Shown here in pieces: positions 60,382 through 64,000 of a stretch of 64,000 bases of DNA. Source of the DNA: a virus. How positions within the stretch are numbered: position 1 is the stretch's first letter; each line of letters opens with the position of its first letter. The stretch lies in IMG/VR virus record IMGVR_UViG_3300035698_012408; one strand, 5' to 3'. Under the pieces are notes generated by a model. It did no database searches. It was not told where the DNA came from and worked only from the letters and a program-made list of their open reading frames with translations. A program made the position numbers and the translations under genes.

Positions 60382-62510
60382 AGTTGAATCACCGAATCAA
60401 ATAAGGGTGCTAGGTCCCGTTCATGCGTGACAATAATGCACTGTAGGCCGCGGGTGGCTGAGAATGTTCTCAACTGCCCTAATACTGGCTCGAACCCACG
60501 GATGTGGTGTTCGTCGAGGTACGCTGTCGGCTCATCAAGGTAAAGCGCACCTACATTATCCGCGAACATCCGGTTCAACGCCATACGGAAAGACAACGCC
60601 AATACGACTTTTTGTCCTTCCGACAGCCTTTCAGCCGGTTGTACCGTACCGCTCTCGAATGATGCCGTGAACGAGAGTCCCTCGTCCGCAGCCACCCGAT
60701 ATGGCGTACCAAACATCTCCAAATACTCATTCATGCCCACCTGGAGACGTTGCAGATTACGTTGTGCCACAAATCGCGGAGCCCCGTCTTTGCCGACGAT
60801 CTCCCGCATGCTCGCAGCATGATCAACCCAGCCCCTGAGCATTTCGGCCTCTTCAGCTACCTCCGTAGCCCTGGCCAATTCACCCTGGATACGGGTAATC
60901 GTGGCCTCTGCGGCCCCAATACTGGTTTCCGCGTCCTGCCGAGTGCGAACCGTTCGCTCCCACCCTGCCTTGTTCTCGATCGCCTGCGCGACCTGCTCCG
61001 TCGTGTACGGTACCAACTTCACCAGCTGGTCATTGTACCCTGTGAGCTGCTGCTCCATCTGCTGGTACCGTCCCTGCAATCTTGCAAGTTCCCGATCATG
61101 CTCCCCGAGACTTGCCTCGGCGGCCTTAACGCTATCCAGCATAGCCGAATGTTGCGAGATGGTGGATTCCAGGACTTTCTCGTCCAATTCCTCCACCGGC
61201 TCGTCCGGGAGTGACCTGAGCGTCTCCATCGCCTGGGTCTTTCTCGCCTCGATCTGCTGGATCGCGTTATTATATACGCCCACAGCGTCATTATACATAA
61301 AACTATGGCTAAGTCGATTCGACAACGTGTCCGAATTCGCCCTGAGCGTCGGAAGTCGCCTGATCGCTTCTTCCCGTTGTCCCTGCAACGCGGCAGCGGC
61401 CGTACCGCAAGTGGGGCATTTAGCCGCGTCAGCGTCAAGCGCGTCGACAAATATGGTCAACGCACTTATCTCACCACTGAGGTTCTCCTTTTGACGCTGA
61501 GCTGCCTCCACCCCTTCGGCGTCCAGATAGTCTGCCCGGGGCGTCGGCACATCCACGGCTGCTGCCGCATCTGCTGCTTCTTCGATAATCGCAGTCTGGG
61601 CTTGTCTCGCCTTCTGGTTGCGTCTCGCCGCACCCATCCTGCTCAGCGTAAGTGACGCTGCGTGAGAGTCTGCTGCTCCACTGTCACGAATAGTCCGAAC
61701 AGTTACAAGAGACGCCGCCGTACCTTCCCGTGACCGCCGCTGATAATCAATATCGGCGGCGGTACCGGCCATCGTCGTCGCCAAGGTATCCCGCTGGGTT
61801 TCGATCTGTACGCGACGATTATGCGTCGTAATGACATCGTTGTTCGCGTCAATCTGTCCCAGGCAGTGCTGAAGCTCGGGCCAGTCAACAAGCGATGCCT
61901 GCGCTGCCGCCAACTTCAGCGTTTGTCCTTCCAGCTCCTGCGTGAGTTCGTCAATATCGACACCCACGGACGGGATCTGCACGTCCTTCAGCTGCGTACC
62001 GATCGCCGAATGTACGACGCCGGCCTTCTCCGTGTGGAAGAGCTTCTGGAATTGTGCAGCCCGTTGGGCCGGCTTCTTGTCGAGGAACCCAAAAATATCA
62101 CTCTGGGCCACAACCACGATGTCGTTGATGATGTCGGTAGACACGCCGAGGATCTGCTCGATCATCGCCGTAACTTCCTTGTCACCTTCGATCGTCACAC
62201 CATTCTGAATTTGTAACGTCGCCACCGGGCGAGACGGTCGCAGGTTTCGCTGCACTGTAGCGCGCACGCCGGCATGGCTGAACACGAGCTTCACATAGGA
62301 GCTCTGTGACGGCTCCGCTCGATCGTAAATATTCGCAGACTTGTTGCCTGCGTTTGGATTGTCTCCGGTAAGCGCGAAACGTATTGCCCCAAGACAATTA
62401 CTCTTCCCGCTGCCATTCTGTCCGAGTATTGCCGTGAGGCCGTCCCGTAATGGCAAATCCCGCCACGCGTGCTGGCAGAAATTCAGCATCGTTAGATGTT
62501 CACACTTCAT
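60378..62510 (-). CDS. Rad50/SbcC-like SMC-family ATPase
   Basis: ILGQNGSGKSN (Walker A), coiled coil with a CPTCG zinc hook, LSEGQKVVLALSF (signature), ALYLDEPTAYLD (Walker B), IIVTHE. Confidence 0.88.
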   Translation of the reverse strand: MKCEHLTMLNFCQHAWRDLPLRDGLTAILGQNGSGKSNCLGAIRFALTGDNPNAGNKSANIYDRAEPSQSSYVKLVFSHAGVRATVQRNLRPSRPVATLQIQNGVTIEGDKEVTAMIEQILGVSTDIINDIVVVAQSDIFGFLDKKPAQRAAQFQKLFHTEKAGVVHSAIGTQLKDVQIPSVGVDIDELTQELEGQTLKLAAAQASLVDWPELQHCLGQIDANNDVITTHNRRVQIETQRDTLATTMAGTAADIDYQRRSREGTAASLVTVRTIRDSGAADSHAASLTLSRMGAARRNQKARQAQTAIIEEAADAAAAVDVPTPRADYLDAEGVEAAQRQKENLSGEISALTIFVDALDADAAKCPTCGTAAAALQGQREEAIRRLPTLRANSDTLSNRLSHSFMYNDAVGVYNNAIQQIEARKTQAMETLRSLPDEPVEELDEKVLESTISQHSAMLDSVKAAEASLGEHDRELARLQGRYQQMEQQLTGYNDQLVKLVPYTTEQVAQAIENKAGWERTVRTRQDAETSIGAAEATITRIQGELARATEVAEEAEMLRGWVDHAASMREIVGKDGAPRFVAQRNLQRLQVGMNEYLEMFGTPYRVAADEGLSFTASFESGTVQPAERLSEGQKVVLALSFRMALNRMFADNVGALYLDEPTAYLDEHHIRGFEPVLGQLRTFSATRGLQCIIVTHERDLAPLFDSVIQL

Positions 62511-63462
62511 TCTTACCTTCCCTCAATTCGACAACTCGGTGTTCTCGGGTCTTCGCCTCCACGATCGGAGGATTGTAATTCGTCAATGCCCATTGATTAT
62601 AATGCCGCTTAATTGCCTGAAGCGGATCAATCCGAAACCTATGGTAATCCGGCACAGCGACAGCTACGAGCTGCGGCAACGGATACTTCCAATCCACGCG
62701 ACACTGCGTGACCGGATTCTCAACAGCCGCCCCGCAGAAGTGACAAGCACGAAGCCCAACACCGCCGCCACAATAGGCACAGTTTATAGCCAGTGTTGCC
62801 TGCGCCCCACCCAGCCACTCTGCCATGCCTGCGAGATTACTAGACAACCCGATAATCGCTCGCTCCATCGTCTCAACAAATGGGTGATTAGTGTCTGGGC
62901 GTTCTGGGTCATAATCGTCAGATATTAGCTTCTGATCCAGGCCCGCCATGACAGAGCATATCTTACGAAAACCACCAACGGTAGTACGGTGATCCGGCTC
63001 CACGATTCGGAACTCCACAGTCTGCCGCGAGCTGTCCCACGCCAGTCGACTGCCCCACTCCACTTCCGCGTAATTTGCAACACGTTCACGATAATCAAAT
63101 AACGGCTCCCGGTCGGAACCGACACGTATGTGCTCCCGCGCTGGGCCGTCATCACCGATCCCGGCTACATACGACTCTTTCCGCCGGTTGGCGTAATGAT
63201 AGAACAACCTGCGAAGATTGCCGGGGCCGCCGGATCGAAGCCGGAAAACATGCTCTGCACCCCGTACAGCGATAGGCGGCGAGATGAACGGAATACCACC
63301 CACGGTATCCTCCGCCGACTGTTTCCATAATTCCTGCACCTCACTACCCGCAAGATGCGGACACAGACACGACAGATCAAGCGGTCCTCGAAGCGTCGAG
63401 GCACCTTTATCTATTGCGTCCCGCAATTTTGTTGCGTAAGTCTGAAAGTTAGGTGGCATCAT
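62500..63462 (-). CDS. hypothetical protein with a Cys cluster
   Basis: 320-aa ORF. NCAYCGGGVGLRACHFCG. No calcineurin-type phosphoesterase motifs. Confidence 0.65.
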   Translation of the reverse strand: MMPPNFQTYATKLRDAIDKGASTLRGPLDLSCLCPHLAGSEVQELWKQSAEDTVGGIPFISPPIAVRGAEHVFRLRSGGPGNLRRLFYHYANRRKESYVAGIGDDGPAREHIRVGSDREPLFDYRERVANYAEVEWGSRLAWDSSRQTVEFRIVEPDHRTTVGGFRKICSVMAGLDQKLISDDYDPERPDTNHPFVETMERAIIGLSSNLAGMAEWLGGAQATLAINCAYCGGGVGLRACHFCGAAVENPVTQCRVDWKYPLPQLVAVAVPDYHRFRIDPLQAIKRHYNQWALTNYNPPIVEAKTREHRVVELREGKNEV

Positions 63463-63917
63463 TGCAGCCCCGTGGGGTTGTGATCGCTAAGATGTAACGT
63501 GATCCAATCGTACACTACCTGTGTGACCTCAAACTCTACCCGCTGATCCACAGCAGACGGTCGCACGGTGAAGGCCTTCTTGCCGTTTGTCAGTTCTACC
63601 ATCAACGCATTCGCTGCCAGTAGATCACTTAACATGAACGACACTGTCAGCTCTTCTGGTTCCTTTGCCGCGGATGCGGTAACTTCCCATTTACCGTACA
63701 TCCCAAGCCATCCGTCATCCAGCGTGCGGTCAAGCACCCGTTTGTAATCATCAGGTAACGCGTCCAATGGTCTCGAACGCGTGTTCGCCACTACGTACAA
63801 CTGGTCAGCATTGTCGTTAATGCTGGCCGCCGCTACCTCCAGCGGAATATCCGCGTAAATACCGGCAAATGCCCCATTGGTCCACGTCGTGACAATCCGT
63901 GGCCCATCCCGGTACAT
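63459..63917 (-). CDS. hypothetical protein
   Basis: ATG at 63917 in a TGATG junction with the upstream gene. The track start at 63920 is a TTG. Confidence 0.6.
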   Translation of the reverse strand: MYRDGPRIVTTWTNGAFAGIYADIPLEVAAASINDNADQLYVVANTRSRPLDALPDDYKRVLDRTLDDGWLGMYGKWEVTASAAKEPEELTVSFMLSDLLAANALMVELTNGKKAFTVRPSAVDQRVEFEVTQVVYDWITLHLSDHNPTGLQ

Positions 63918-64000
63918 CAAAATCTGATCGTCGCACGTATGCGTGTCATACGACGCGAGGTTTCGTAACGTGAACAGCTGCGGATCAACGACTTGATGCG
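63917..64000 (-). CDS. hypothetical protein, C-terminal 27 codons only (gene starts beyond the window end)
   Basis: Open frame from 64000 down to the TGA at 63919-63917. Coupled to the next gene. Confidence 0.4.
   Translation of the reverse strand, partial: RIKSLIRSCSRYETSRRMTRIRATIRF

Noticed and set aside
1-64000. Reverse transcriptase, DGR, retron, integrase, transposase, toxin-antitoxin, tRNA or rRNA genes
   Set aside because: I scanned the ORF translations for YxDD, tyrosine and serine recombinase, and DDE motifs, and the gaps for tRNA-like arms. None were found. A profile search could still reveal divergent members among the ORFans.

Overview
GC-rich, densely packed, virus-like (large tailed-phage or prophage-like) segment. 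About 75 of about 78 inferred genes lie on the minus strand. Many are translationally coupled (TAATG, TGATG or ATGA junctions), most have Shine-Dalgarno-like leaders, and several hairpin plus U-tract terminators are visible, so the host is prokaryotic. Modules I can recognise from motifs read in the ORF track: (i) Replication and recombination (about 45.7-63.5 kb): family A DNA polymerase with an N-terminal UDG-like domain, a Topo VI-A/Spo11-like Toprim protein, a zinc-finger/Toprim primase, a DnaB-like helicase, an SF2 DEAH helicase, a Rad50/SbcC-like ATPase and a RecA-like ATPase. (ii) Nucleotide and DNA metabolism (about 31.8-39.7 kb, plus tmk at 13.2 kb): DPPY DNA methyltransferase, RuvC-like resolvase, DEDDh exonuclease, a SEC-C/dUTPase fusion, a GmhB-like HAD protein lacking its nucleophile Asp, ThyX, a spermidine-synthase-like fold protein and thymidylate kinase. 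(iii) Four glycosyltransferases (one GT-B, two GT-A/GT2-like, one GT32-like). (iv) A tubulin/FtsZ-superfamily GTPase co-oriented with a possible portal protein. About 45 ORFs have no motif I can recognise. Many proteins carry P/Q/A/G-rich low-complexity tracts, including a 903-aa repeat protein with an RGG box. Structure not explained by the ORF track: six exact copies of the 14-nt quasi-palindrome GGTACTTAGRAACC; an array of GCTGT-N10-ACAGC dyads inside the 903-aa ORF; and a hidden 48-aa lysine-rich ORF with a strong SD. No tRNA, rRNA, CRISPR array, integrase or transposase was seen. All functional calls come from motif reading by eye; no database search was run.
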